This document shows positions 39,951-62,011 of a stretch of 64,000 bases of DNA, one piece after another. The first letter of the stretch is position 1. Every line of letters begins with the position of its first letter. Location: positions 5,084,001-5,148,000 of the forward strand of contig NC_092674.1 in assembly GCF_964355755.1 (NCBI RefSeq). Reading direction: 5' to 3'. This DNA comes from Antedon mediterranea. Its lineage: Eukaryota; Animalia; Echinodermata. The notes below the pieces were generated by a model. The model worked only from the letters and a program-made list of their open reading frames with translations, was not told the DNA's origin and did no database searches. Made by a program: the position numbers and the translations under genes.

Positions 39951-40295
39951 TTTTTTTCTATAACTCAGATATCAACACCATTATCATTTTTCAGTAATTT
40001 TCCTTTGGATTAATATATCATTCATTTATTATAAAAGATTTATTCAATATTCAGAGAATAACAATAATTATCATAATTATGATGCTTCTCCATCTGAATA
40101 TACATTGTATTATTATTATTATTACAAATGCTGATATTTTTATTTTAAAAAAAAAAGCTAACTTGGTTCCAAAACAATCACTAAATCAATTTTCTTCATT
40201 CATACTTCTATGAACGGTTGAAAAAAAAAAGCTAGTCTATGAAACTCTAATATTTACAATCATTCAGGAAATTAGGTTGAGTTTTACACACTTCA

Positions 40296-40434
40296 TTTGT
40301 CAAACTAGTTTGATAGTGTAAACAGAGCTTTGTCAAACTAGTTTGATAGTGTAAACAGAGCTTTGTCAAACTAGTTTGATAGTGTAAACAGAGCTTTGTC
40401 AAACTAGTTTGATAGTGTAAACCGAGCTTTGTCA
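40296..40434. repeat. 33-bp tandem repeat x4 made of the MITE family A terminus
   Basis: TTTGTCAAACTAGTTTGATAGTGTAAACAGAGC repeated head to tail. Confidence 0.93.
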
Positions 40435-40558
40435 TAATTATCCAGTCAGACAGCATAATCATCAGGGTTTCTCAATTGTCTATGCATTCGGTACAGACAA
40501 CAACAGCATGATGTTTCAATTCACTCCACTGCACTTTTTAAAGCATGTTTCTGGTTTA

Positions 40559-43500
40559 TCAACTCTTTCCATATTTCGGGTCCTGGAAAAAACAAAGTGT
40601 TAAATAAAACTATATGTGTATATGTGCGTGAACTGTATCGGCCAAAAAAGGTAACGCAAGCCAAAGTTTTCTCTGGACACTGGACAAATTTGAGCGGAGT
40701 GTGATGTCTATGTGTATAAACTGAGTAGGTAACTTACTGGATCTGATAAACTGGTTATATAATGTTTTGAACGATCTTCTACCATCTCCCAGGACGAAGT
40801 TTGATCTCGATCCTAATAGGGAAGAGTAAATAATGTTAATGTATTTATAAAGTATATTCCACAAACAATTTCGTCTTGATCCGCTGTGGATTTACATGTT
40901 ACACTTTTAAAGTACTGCACATACTTCTTTTCTAAGGGTTACATCATGTGACCTCACCAGTTCAGAAGGCAAACATGGATTTATTTGGTTATACTTTATT
41001 CATCTATGCTGGTTTTAGAATTAAATTTTAAACAGAATTTTTTAAGGAACAAATCTTATACAATGCATTATTATCATATGATTAATATATTTATACAATA
41101 AATTCTACGAAATATCAGATCAAATAAAATATATATAATTAAAGGTACTACATTAGAAATATAAGACACTCCTATTAAAGGAAACTTTGTTGGGTTCCGC
41201 AGTTGTCCCTTAAAGCTCTGTCTACACTATCAAACTTTATGTGACAAGCAACATGTGATGTGCCCATATATAGACATGATGATGTCATACCACTACCATA
41301 TTTGAGCATATCACTACCATATTTAGGCACATCACACTTTTTCCTGTTGTTTTTCACCTTAATTTGGATTCCATTGAACACCAAGTCTTGTCTTACTTGG
41401 TCACATGATTTAAGTAATGACTTTCTTTGCAGCAATATCTTCTTTCTTTTTTCGCGTTCAGAAAGATCTAATGGAACAAAAAATAATTTCACTTAGGGAT
41501 AAGATTTCAAAATGAAATTACTTGAACTAGAAAGCTAAAGATAACACCCTCAAACATATGTAACAATAACAAGCAAAGGTACTATAAATATTAAGTTCTG
41601 TCTACACCATCAAACTAGTTTGACAAAAAGTGTAATGTGTCTAAATATGGTAGTGATATGCCCAAATATGGTAGTGATATGATATCATCATATCCATATA
41701 CAGGCACATTACATTTTGTTGTCACATACAATTTGATAGTGTACACAGAGCTTTATACGTAAAATTAGATAGTGTATTTTATAGAATTGTAGTAGAGCCG
41801 AATAATGAATCTGTACATTATTGGGATGTTTTTTTTTTGCATCCAAAACAATTTGAAAAAAATTCATTTTAGGGGAAAATCGGAAGACAACCCAGTATCG
41901 GGAAAATGTCTCAAAGTTGGCAGGTCTGGCTAAAATAAGATGGAGTATTAATGAATTAATGGTAAGCAAACTAGTATTACTCTACCTTCATTGCTATCTG
42001 TGGCTGTGGTATCGGCATTACTCGTATCCATTGCCCAACGACGAACATCGTTACGAAACTGAACCATTGAGTCCAAAACACAAGACAGTGTATGGGCTGT
42101 TGTATCTGTGTCCATTTTCTAAATAAAATTGTTTTTAATTGTAAAATAAAGTACATAAAATTGTAACACTAATTATTTACGAAATAGACACATTTTTCCA
42201 TGAAAATAAGTGACTGTATAGGTTAGTTATGTGCATATACTGTACATAAATAAATTTATTCTAGGGCGAGTGAGTGAGTAACATCAGTAAGTGTACGAGT
42301 CTCACTCACTACATCATTCTGGTGGTAGAACAAGTCTTCTCAGATAAGGACTACCAACTGTAGGTCCAGTGTGCAACTAGTAAATCTTTCGAGATGAGTA
42401 CGGGGTTACTAGTATATCACAGCCACTGATCATAACTGGGCTCTTTGAGAGACCAGTCTTTGACTGAAGAGGTCACCCAGTATAAATAAATAATAAACAA
42501 AATATGAATGTAAATGTGTGGTATATTAAATAACGAAATTCAACTTACAATTCTGCTTGAGAATTGAATACCAAGCGAGTTTAAAACTCTGTCAATATAA
42601 GAAACTAGAGCTGCTATAACACCTGGGCTACGCACTGGCTGCGGTGACTGAAAGATACAAGGATAAAGAGAGGTTTAAAACTCTGTCAATATAATCTAAT
42701 GTGCTGTTATAACACAGAGTTTAAACGATTGTCATTATATTGAGCTTTTGACTGGCAACAACTTTGGACGTAGGAATTAGTTACGTCATGTTAATTTTAT
42801 TGTGTGCATGCTGGGAAGTTGGGACGTGTCTGATCACTTGATTTTTTGATACAGTTTTAGAAGATTTTAAAGGCCAGGTGCGGGCAAAAAATTTCTATTG
42901 ATCATTCATTCCAATAAATATCGATCTATAGTTTCCCCTATGTTTCATAATTTTTGGGATTTTATTTGTGTTACACTAGCTTGTTGAAAATAAGTTCAAA
43001 TTACACAGTAAAATCTCTATTCTTTTGTACACAAATTTTGTAAATAGAGAGGCATTTTAAAAAGCTATTAAAAATAAACGGTGTGGTAAAAAATGTTTTC
43101 AGATGACTAAATATAGGTAATATAACTTGAATATTACATTTCTGATATTTTTATTCAACTTCAGATTTTTATTTTCATGCTATAGCAAAAATTATCCACC
43201 GTATATCTACCATCTTTTTTTACCGTCTAGGGAGTCACCAGACATTTTATTACATTAGGTTAACTACCTAACTACTGAAAAAAAGTCTTCCTGGTTTTTA
43301 TGGAAGAATTTTGCCAAATTTTGTATTTAACCATATTAAGGGAAATTCATGTTTTTTCGTCTTGATTTCTGTTACAAATATTTGATTTATGTACAATAAC
43401 CAAATATATTTAAAATTCATGCCTGTACCTGAGCTTTAACAACCAATGCCACAATATTCGTATGCTATTGCAAATCAAAAGCTCTTTATATCATACATAT

Positions 43501-46500
43501 TTGGTTTGAAGAAATTTTATACATATCATCATCACAGACGCTGAACAAGACTTCTCCAATCACAGTAATTATTGGCCAAAGTGTGCATAGACTTATTAAT
43601 TTTTCTTTTTCATATCATTTTCTATAATTTTTATGCATGTGGTTTTAAGGTCATCCTCTTGGTCATATATATAATTATAAGGAATGTGTACTTACGGAAG
43701 TGACCTCTCGGAGTTCTAGGTTTGCTAACCTGATGAGGTCCATGATGGCCGTGAGTGCCTTCGGGGTATCAAAGTCATTTGCAATTGCTTGATGGAACTT
43801 CCGTTTTGTCTCAGCTAATCTATAAATATATTATTGTTTTATGGATTTTACTATTACGATGGTCACTACTGTATCTACCACAACTGAATCAAATAAGTCA
43901 AAGGTGATGTTTCTGGTTGAAAATATGTCTAAATTAAATTTTTGTGCATTTAAAAAAAGGAAATAATGCTTTCTGCAGCTAATTTTTGTAAATAATATAT
44001 ATGTACTTCAGGTCGCTGGCCTATGTGCTGTATAAATAAATGCCCTGGACCAGGAGTCTAGGCTAGGGAAAAAGAAAAAGGGAAACTGTACATTACTATG
44101 TTTTTAATAAGTAAATTAATATATAAATATTTTTGTACAATGCCTGAAATGTGGCTATTTAAGCAAGCATTTTTTGTGTGCACCCTGGGATGATATAAGT
44201 TACTGTAGCAGTAGCAACTGTATCAAACGGCCAAGAATTAAAAATTCAACTATATGTCTCATACTGTATAGGACTTTTGAAAGAAAGCATGGTTTTCCCA
44301 ATCTGTAAATTGCGAGTTATTATACTAAAGTTATGCTAATAATTTGTTAATAATAACACATACTTAGCCATGAGTAAAGCTTCATTGATAGGCTGACAGT
44401 TGAACTGACCATTGATGTAAGCGTCAGCATTGTTTAAGAATGACAGCAACTGTTTCTGAATGCTAACAGCTTGTTGCATAATGGCTCGACTATATTCAAG
44501 ATCTAAGATTAACAACATACATGCATTTATCATGTTCAGTGTTGTGTGCAAAAAGGGGAGGGGTTAGAGGGAGGAGCTTACATACATTATAATAATGGCT
44601 CGACTATATTCAAGATCTAAGATTAACAACATACATGCATTTATCATATTCAGTGTTGTGTGCAAAAAGGGGAGGGGTTAGAGGGAGAAGCTTACATACA
44701 TTATAATAATGGCTCGACTATATTCAAGATCTATCAAACTTTATGAGACAAAAAAATGTGATGTGCCCATATATGGACATGATGATGTCATATCACTACC
44801 ATATTTGTGCACATCACATTTTTTGTCAAACTAGTTTGATAGTGTAGAGATGGAGTTTACACACTTGTGTTGACACACTAGTGTTTTGCGAGGCTATGTG
44901 AAAGGGGTATTGGATCAAAACATAGAGGGGTAAACTGTACCTGAGCTGTACTTTGTCATCATACACAGAATCCTGAATTGATTAGCAGTATACATTGTTA
45001 AAAAATCTTGAATGGAAATAACATTCTGTAACGATTTAGACATTTTATTTGCATCATTGGCCAAGTGTAGATGACCTAGAGAAAAAAAAAAACAACATTT
45101 TAATAAGCATTCTTCTTAAAATCAATTATTTAAATCAGTATATCTCATAGAGATTGTCATTTACAGTATATCAAAGGCAGACATAGAGGCACATTCAAAC
45201 ACAAGTATCTATTCAGATGAGAATGACAGGCAATTTGGCTACTATGACTATAAAAGTAATAATATATTAGATAGAGGTTTTGATTTGGTTTACTGTACAC
45301 CTATTGTGTCATTGTTTTGTCATCTGGATCTAGAATGGACCAAAATTGTGGTAAGGAATATAGCGTAGAAACGTGATGCAATGTTCATGTGCAGAGTATT
45401 AACATGTTTCTAGGTCATAGGTCGTCTCAAATCAAAAGCTCCCTATTGGCAGCTCAAAGCTGTTAAAACTATCAGAATTATTATTAATTGACCAAGTTTA
45501 ATATAAAACTTGCTTTTCGTACCTGAATGTAGAAAATAATTGGCCCATTGAGGGCTTTCAAAACATGCTTCACATTGTGCTATTTCGTTGTCATGGTGAG
45601 GAAATGCCAGGTCCTTTCCTCCTGTGTGGATATCTAAAGTTTCACCAAATATTGCACTGTCAAAAAAAAAAGATGCTGTATATATAAAAAAATGAAATAC
45701 TGAATAGGCAAATTGAAGGTCTATTTTATACCTCCATGGTTGGAAGCGGATATTCAAGATCTTTAAAAAATAGTTGAAAAAGTATAAAGTCCAGGGCCTT
45801 TTCTTGTTTAGGCATGTTTTTTACCGATTTTAATAGAAGGCACTTTTTCCAAACCTTCTTATTTACAAACTTTTTCATCTACAAAACTTTCTCCAACCAA
45901 GAGTATGTATGAGCGACTGTACTAACCTTGCCATCACAGAGCATTCTATATGCCAGCCCGGCCTACCTCTACCTGCACCCCAAGGGGACTGCCACCAAGG
46001 CTCATCTGGCTTAGCTGCTTTCCACAGAGCAAAATCTCTCGGATTACGCTTATCCTTGTCGGGACTGGTGCGTATTTCAGCTGCATGGTCATGGGCCGAG
46101 AGCTTGCTGTATCGCTCAATGCCAAAACGATTTACGTCAAAATATACACTTCCTATGATGCAAAGATATTAGTACATTAGAACCACTACCCAATTTCTGA
46201 GGACATCTCTATTAAGGGGATACTTTGCTGCGACACAAACTAGAAGATATATATGTTTTAACACTATGGTCAATCTCATTAAGGGGACATCCCTCTTAAG
46301 AGGACACTTTTTTGGGCCTAAAGTGTCCCTTAAAGATGTATTGTCCCCCAAAAACATGAAAAATGAAGATTAATGAAATCAGACTTTAAATAGCTTATAT
46401 TGTAGTTTTACTACAGTTAATCACTTTCGTGAAAAAAAGAATGGTTAAATTCAACCAAAAACGCATTAACTTGACTATTTTTGCTTTAAATTACAGTTTT

Positions 46501-48300
46501 TTCAGGTAAATAATTTGTTTTTCCATCCAATTTTTGTTCAATGTGATATAAAAATGGCATATTCAACAATTTTTTGAGGGGGACAATGTGTCTTGAATAC
46601 TACTTCTACTGTAGAAGCAACATACTGTATGTATTTATAAGTTCATTATTTAATACCGAGTTCAAATATGGTAAATTTAAGACTATTTACCACTTTGCGT
46701 AACGTATGCATATCCCCTGTCAACAATAGACTGAACAAACTTGATGATATCAGGGATGTAAGAGGTCACTCGTGTATACACTGTTGGAGGTAAAACCTAG
46801 GAATATAACAACACTCAGATTTACTGTATATTACAATCAAATTTGATTCATTAGATTTACGTTACAATTATTCATAACAATCTATAACAATACAGTGTGT
46901 GATATTCAGCGCATTTTTATTTTGGGCTATATAAATTTAAAAGCATTACCATATTCAATTGTTTCACATTTACCTTTAGAGATTCCATATCGTGGAAAAA
47001 TTCACTTTCATATTTCTTGCCTAAATGACGAAAATTCAAATTGCGCTCTTTGGAACGGAAGATGATCTTATCATCTATGTCTGTTATGCCCATCACCATA
47101 ACGATATCGATATTGAAGAACTCGGTTAGTATACGTCGCATAATATCGAAACGAACATAGCAACTGAAATCAATTAAGAAGTTATATTATAATTTGTATC
47201 ATTTTGATGGTCAGTATCTATCAACAGATTGAAAAAAGCACATGATTATTTTACTTATTTTAACTCTGTGTGTTTATGGTTCCCCTCCCCCACACCCCCC
47301 CCCCCCCCCCCCGCCATACATTTATGGTTTATTGTTTATAGCTACTGCACAGTACAGTACACATTCTGTCTCTGCTAATCAAACTATACTGTACTAGTAC
47401 CCCTTTTACACATATTTCATATCTAAGCCCTCACTCTGGAGAGCATGGGCTATTGTTGGTTTATCCAGGTAAGCTAGGCACTACATAGACTGCAGGTGTT
47501 GATGCCCATGTATGTGTGTGAAAACACCAGAGTTTTGCTAGGCTTGCTTGGTGTGGAAGGGGTCAACGCAACGGTATACACAATCCCACCTTGCATGTCC
47601 AATATGAGCACTATCATAAACAGTTGGTCCACACATGTACCTGGGGAAAAAAATGTAAATAACAATTTATAAAACAAATTCTTCAAAATTTAAAATTATT
47701 ACTTTCCTTTAAAAAAAAAAAATTAATCCAATATTAATGCATATTTTTAATAAATTAATAATCTTACCAAGTTGCTAGGGAACCATTTGGCAATATCAGC
47801 GGAGTCTTGTCTTTGTTTCCTCTTCTCAAACTATTTGTCACTTGTACCCCTGTATCAAAGCCGCTTGGTTTTATCCAATCTTTGCGTCCCTTTTTGGGGG
47901 AATCATTTCCATGTCCATTATTATTATTAGCACCTCCTCTATTTTTGGTTTTTTTACCACTAAATTCCTCATTTTCAGTTATTTTATGAGAATTAGCACT
48001 GGATGATGAGCACAACAATCTAAATAAGTTAAGACTATAGTCATATCTTATATACAGTTGGTTCCTACTTGAATAGTGGGTAGTGCTCCTAGGCCTAGCT
48101 AAGACTGACTTGATAGGACACCCACGAGTAATCTCCTCACTAAGAGATCCGCCTATATACACATGTCGGCTGCTGCTGAATGGTGAGCCTAGCCCAACAA
48201 CGACATTACGATCTTTCAAACGGCCGTATTTACGTACAGATAACGCAAGACTGATTCGTCTTACGGTTAATAACGTTATCCATGTATAATTTATAATCAT
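40559..48300 (-). CDS. CARS2: Mitochondrial cysteinyl-tRNA synthetase, ~692 aa
   Basis: Exons 48300-47768, 47640-47590, 47163-46974, 46796-46691, 46152-45927, 45656-45523, 45075-44941, 44502-44364, 43819-43696, 42647-42549, 42118-41986, 41467-41358, 40812-40738, 40582-40559; phases consistent. Motifs [17 protein letters not shown] (HIGH), [38 protein letters not shown]; basic Ser/Arg-rich N-terminus. Last exon less certain. Confidence 0.93.
41213..41345. mobile_element. MITE family A copy (one TIR lost) next to a CARS2 donor
   Basis: Left TIR and core intact, right end truncated ~12 bp from the exon 12 boundary. Confidence 0.8.
41594..41753. mobile_element. MITE family A copy
   Basis: Both TIRs, TTA on both flanks. 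Confidence 0.85.
42262..42500 (+). mobile_element. SINE copy (degenerate), same family as 63300-63560
   Basis: Shared blocks GAGTGAGTG, CTCACTC, TTCTG.TGGTAGAAC.AGTCTTCT..GATAAGGACTA, TAACTGGGC.CT..GAGA..AGTCTTT.ACT and (TAAA)n tail. Confidence 0.65.
44478..44731 (-). repeat. 114-bp tandem duplication spanning the CARS2 exon 8 acceptor
   Basis: ATAATGGCTCGACTATATTCAAGATCT occurs three times 114 bp apart. Confidence 0.92.
44731..44850. mobile_element. MITE family A copy (ends trimmed)
   Basis: CTATCAAACTTTATG...CTAGTTTGATAGTGTAGA and family core. Confidence 0.82.
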
Positions 48301-48727
48301 AATAAAACAAATACAAATATGTTTAAACCATCTCTTTGCGAATTCCCCTTTCGAGCGAAACGAAACATGGACGTCAGAATTAATTTATTGACCTTTCAAA
48401 GGCAGGTCAATAGATTATTTCATTCTATTGGGGACGACTGTTGATCTTTGAAGCTGCACACAGGTTGACAATATATATAAAATTAATTATAAATTTTATA
48501 AAAACATTTTATGTATGTGAAATGTATTTTTATAATAAAAGGTACTAAAATAGGCATATAAATTAAATCCATGAGTGGTATATATCATAAGCTAAAATGG
48601 TACGATCCGAAACTGACCCTGAGAGGTCACAAATAAACAGAGAGTAGGTTTTGAAGAGCGGCAAGCGCATATGTTTTTGGAAGAAGTACATTGTTTTTTT
48701 CCATAATTTTACTATTTAGCATCAAAT
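48301..48727. promoter_or_regulatory. Bidirectional promoter between CARS2 and ING
   Basis: Divergent ATGs 427 bp apart; GACGTCA at ~48370, everted TGACCT-n9-AGGTCA at 48389-48409. Confidence 0.75.
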
Positions 48728-49907
48728 ATGCTCCAGCAAGTTTCTGTAGAAAGTTCAAGAATGACAGCTTTTGTGGAGAATTATCTTGATTGTATTGAAT
48801 CTTTACCAAATGATTTGCAAAGGCATGTCACACAAATGAGAGAAATCGATTATGGATACCAAGGTAAGGGGGAACCCTGTGTGGTTTGTATTGTTTTCTT
48901 TAAAATGGCCGTTTATTTGATCGGTTTAAATGACGAATACTCAATTCGTAGTTGAAGTTTCCAATTATTAATTAACGTATCAAACCTTCACCATAAGTGA
49001 GTCAAGCTATGTGCAATAATTTATTGGATAAATTGATTAAAACAGTCGATTTCAGTTTGACGATTTCATGTACTAAAACCGTTAGCTAGCTAGGCCTACG
49101 TACGTTAGGCCAACGTCATGAATGAAAGGTTATGCATTTCGCCTCCACACCAGTGTGCGTGGCAGCGCGTTCCGTGGCATCGACTTCCGTGGCATCGACT
49201 TCCGTCCAAAGCTGGCTTACGCATATTTACAAGGCATGTGTGTGTGGCATTTGAAATGAATATTTCAGTGTTAATTTTAAATATTTACTACTGAAACTTT
49301 GTTTCTTTCAGCCATTTTAAATGAAATAAAACAAGTTTACCAAAAAATGACCGCTGGAAATGTTGACAACAACCAGTTAAAACGGTACATTTATCAGCTA
49401 AAACGAGCCCTCATAAGAAGTCAGGAACTCGGTGATGAGAAACTTCAAGTGGCGTCAACGTTAGTTGATCTGGTCGAAAACCGAGCAAGGCAGATACAAG
49501 TTGATCGAGAACATCTTGAATGTTTGGAGAAACCGCCTGTTCTGCCAGAACAAAACAAGCCGAAGAAGGACCATAAAAATCACCATACGGTTGATAAACC
49601 ACTCAAGCGTTCTCAACGTCAGAAAGCGGCTATGGAAGCTAAAAAAGATGATGATAAGCCGGCTAAGAAGAAGAAAAAATCGAAACAAAGAGGCGACATT
49701 GGTCCGTCACCCCAATTCGATATGCCAGTTGATCCGGATGAGCCACGTTACTGTCTTTGCAACCAAGTATCGTACGGTGAAATGGTCGGTTGCGATAATA
49801 AGGACTGTCCATTTGAATGGTTTCATTTTGGTTGCGTTGGGTTACATTCTAAACCCAAAGGCAAATGGTATTGTCCAAAATGTGTTCCTGAATTCAAGAA
49901 AAAATAA
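48728..49907 (+). CDS. ING1: Inhibitor of growth family PHD-finger protein (ING1/ING2 type), 243 aa
   Basis: Exons 48728-48863 and 49312-49907 (phase 1). [42 protein letters not shown], basic [59 protein letters not shown]; two-exon layout as in ING1/2. Confidence 0.93.
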
Positions 49908-51331
49908 TGTTATTTGTAGAAAATTGTATATAAAGTTTGTCATAGTATTGTATATTTATATATATTTTACAAAATTGTAAATTGTAGACTCCATGACCAT
50001 GTCTTAGCCTGGCATTCTAATCTGTACAACAGAATTGGAGCTGATTGTCACAATTTCAAATGATGTAGACAAATTATCTCAGAAAAGGCATAAAATTCAG
50101 TATTTTACATTTTTATTTAAAATTACAGATTTTGTAAATAATTTTATAAAACAAATGCCAGGATTTTGTTTTAATAAATGCATAAAAAGGGCATTTTGGT
50201 AGTGACTGTATTTATTTTCTCAAAATGGTTATTTATTGACCATGATGATGATGATTAAATTCGAGAAACATAGACATTCTACTAGCGACACCCTGTCAAT
50301 CACAGTACAGACAACAATGAATACAATTTACAAAGACAATAACCATAGAGCAATTCCTCTATGGTCTAACCTTTGTATTTAATTAAACAGAATGTAAAAT
50401 AAATGATTCTACATACAGTAGTCCTAAATAAAATTCCTTTTCTATATTACAACCGGTCTATGTTGACAAGAAAAAAATTACTGTAGTAGTGTATAAATCA
50501 TTTTGGAAGATTCAACTTTTCCCACCACGAGCTATAGAGGGCGTTCATCAAAAGTCACATCAGATTATTTTTTGTTTTCGTTCTCACAAGTTAAAAGGTT
50601 TGTTTTTCGTATTATTAAATGTAGTAGGCATATATTAACATACCTGTTAGCTTTATGTCAATGTTTGAGATGTTTCAAAATAATTAGAATACTGAATGAA
50701 ACTAGGCAAGATATTTGAAAAAATAAAATTTAGGCTAGGCCTAGTGTAGTAGGCCTAGGCCGGTCCTGTGTATGTAGCTGCTAGCCTGGTCACTGGTGGT
50801 GGGCGTTGGTACGTGGCGCGGAGCATATACATGAAAAGGGCCTAACCAAGCCTACGTCAAAGTGGCACGATATTTGTTGATAATATAAAATATTATTTCT
50901 ACAATAAAACAAATTATAGTGTAGTAATAGTATAGGCCTAGTGTCACATTATATTGATACTTGGTCATGGATTTAACTTCATGGGGATGTCAAAAGTTTT
51001 GACCAATCAAATGTATCCATCATAAAGTATTAACCAATCAGAATGAGTTTTTAAGTACTGTATTAACTAACCACAATTAATCCTACAGAAATAGATTAAG
51101 TTAAAACTAAAAAATAATTAATCTTAAAATTAAAATATTGTTTTATTGACCAACTGTAAGCTGAAGAATTGACATTTTTTAAAGGGTCCAATCATGGATG
51201 TTTATACCTCTATTATGGTCCAATACTATGACATACAAAAAGTTAATCTCCACCGAACTTCCACTAGGTGGCTATTAATCTTAAAGCATTAATAACAACA
51301 ACACAACTTTATTTTTATAGGAAGAAGTCAA

Positions 51332-60582
<9,251 letters not shown>

Positions 60583-62011
60583 GTGAATTGCTAAATACTG
60601 TACATGGTTACATCTGATTTCGTGCTAAATGGGATGGGCTTACATCCTTATATGGGATGGGCTTGTACACACACATATCTATTAATAGGATTAGCTTATT
60701 CAATGACATATTATTTCCTGTGTATTTTTATTATATTTTTTATTCTTTCACATCCAACAGTGTATACACCAATTACAGGATGAAAAATACACTGTAGTGT
60801 AACTTTATTTGATTTTGATCTTACAAAAAAGTTTATACATTTTGTAACACTTGAAATATAGTACAATACATAATTATCGTCTTTTTTAAGTTGGTCCACC
60901 AGTCAGCGTTTAAATTTTTGTCTGAATACAAATTACGAGCTCATTTATTATACGTATGAAACGCCATTTATGCCAAAATATTTATACACAATACAATACA
61001 CAACTTAATAAGTTTATTCTTAGAAAATGTTATTAACAGGATAAGGAGGATAAATAAAAAGCCAAAGCTGGGCGTGTACATTAGTTTTGCATGGACATTC
61101 TAAAATCCAAATAAAAATAATTTATGATTCAGGGGACACTCCTATTAAGGGGAGACTTTCACATGAAATGAATGTAGAGAGTATATATGTTTTAACACTA
61201 CAGTCAAGTCCTATTCAAGGGATAACCTGTAAGGGGACACTTTTTTAGTTGAGTGTCCGCTAGCGGTTCTACTGTAGTAACCAACTTCGCAATGTGTACC
61301 CCATTTCAATTTCATGTTATTGATGAATTAGTTAATAGTATTGACTAGAATTATTATAAGGAATTATGTAATACAAGATCAGTAAGAAGAAATATATTTA
61401 TTAAATTTACCTCAAACTCTAAAATAAATCATCATTGTGTGTTTGTATTATTTGTTTTCCTGAAATTTAAAGAAGAGGGGTGATGTAATAACCACAGGTA
61501 GCATTGGGAAATGGGTGTGTTTATTGAATGGAAGAGATTTATTCATAACAATAACAAGTAATGTATAGGTTACATTTGTTTTACTATTAAAACAGAAAAC
61601 AAAAGTAATAAGATTGTTTATAGCAAATATATTATCATTTCCTTTATAATACGATAAGACAAGTAAAAACTTGCAGCGACCATTTAAGATAATGTATATC
61701 AAGTCAATCATAATCTTTAATTTAACTTGTTTTTTATATTATTGTTTTTGTAATATTTACGTGTTTAATGCAATACTTTGTAATGTTTATATTTTTTATT
61801 TTAGATTGTAAAAGGATCCCAATGGAAATAAGCTGATAAGCTTTTTGGGCTATCCTGGAAAGTCTTTTATAAATGTATTATTTGTAATGTCCGTAATTTA
61901 TGTTATCACTTTTTATGTATTTTTTATGATGATTTTCCAAATAAATTCAATTCAATTCATGTGCCGATTTTCGTCAGTGATGTCACGAAAAGACACGCCC
62001 GCGTTACCTGA

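Noticed and set aside
49411-49980. Overlapping alternative-frame and antisense ORFs over ING exon 2 (also those over TRIM and CFAP97)
   Set aside because: Shadow ORFs of real coding sequence with no recognisable motifs.
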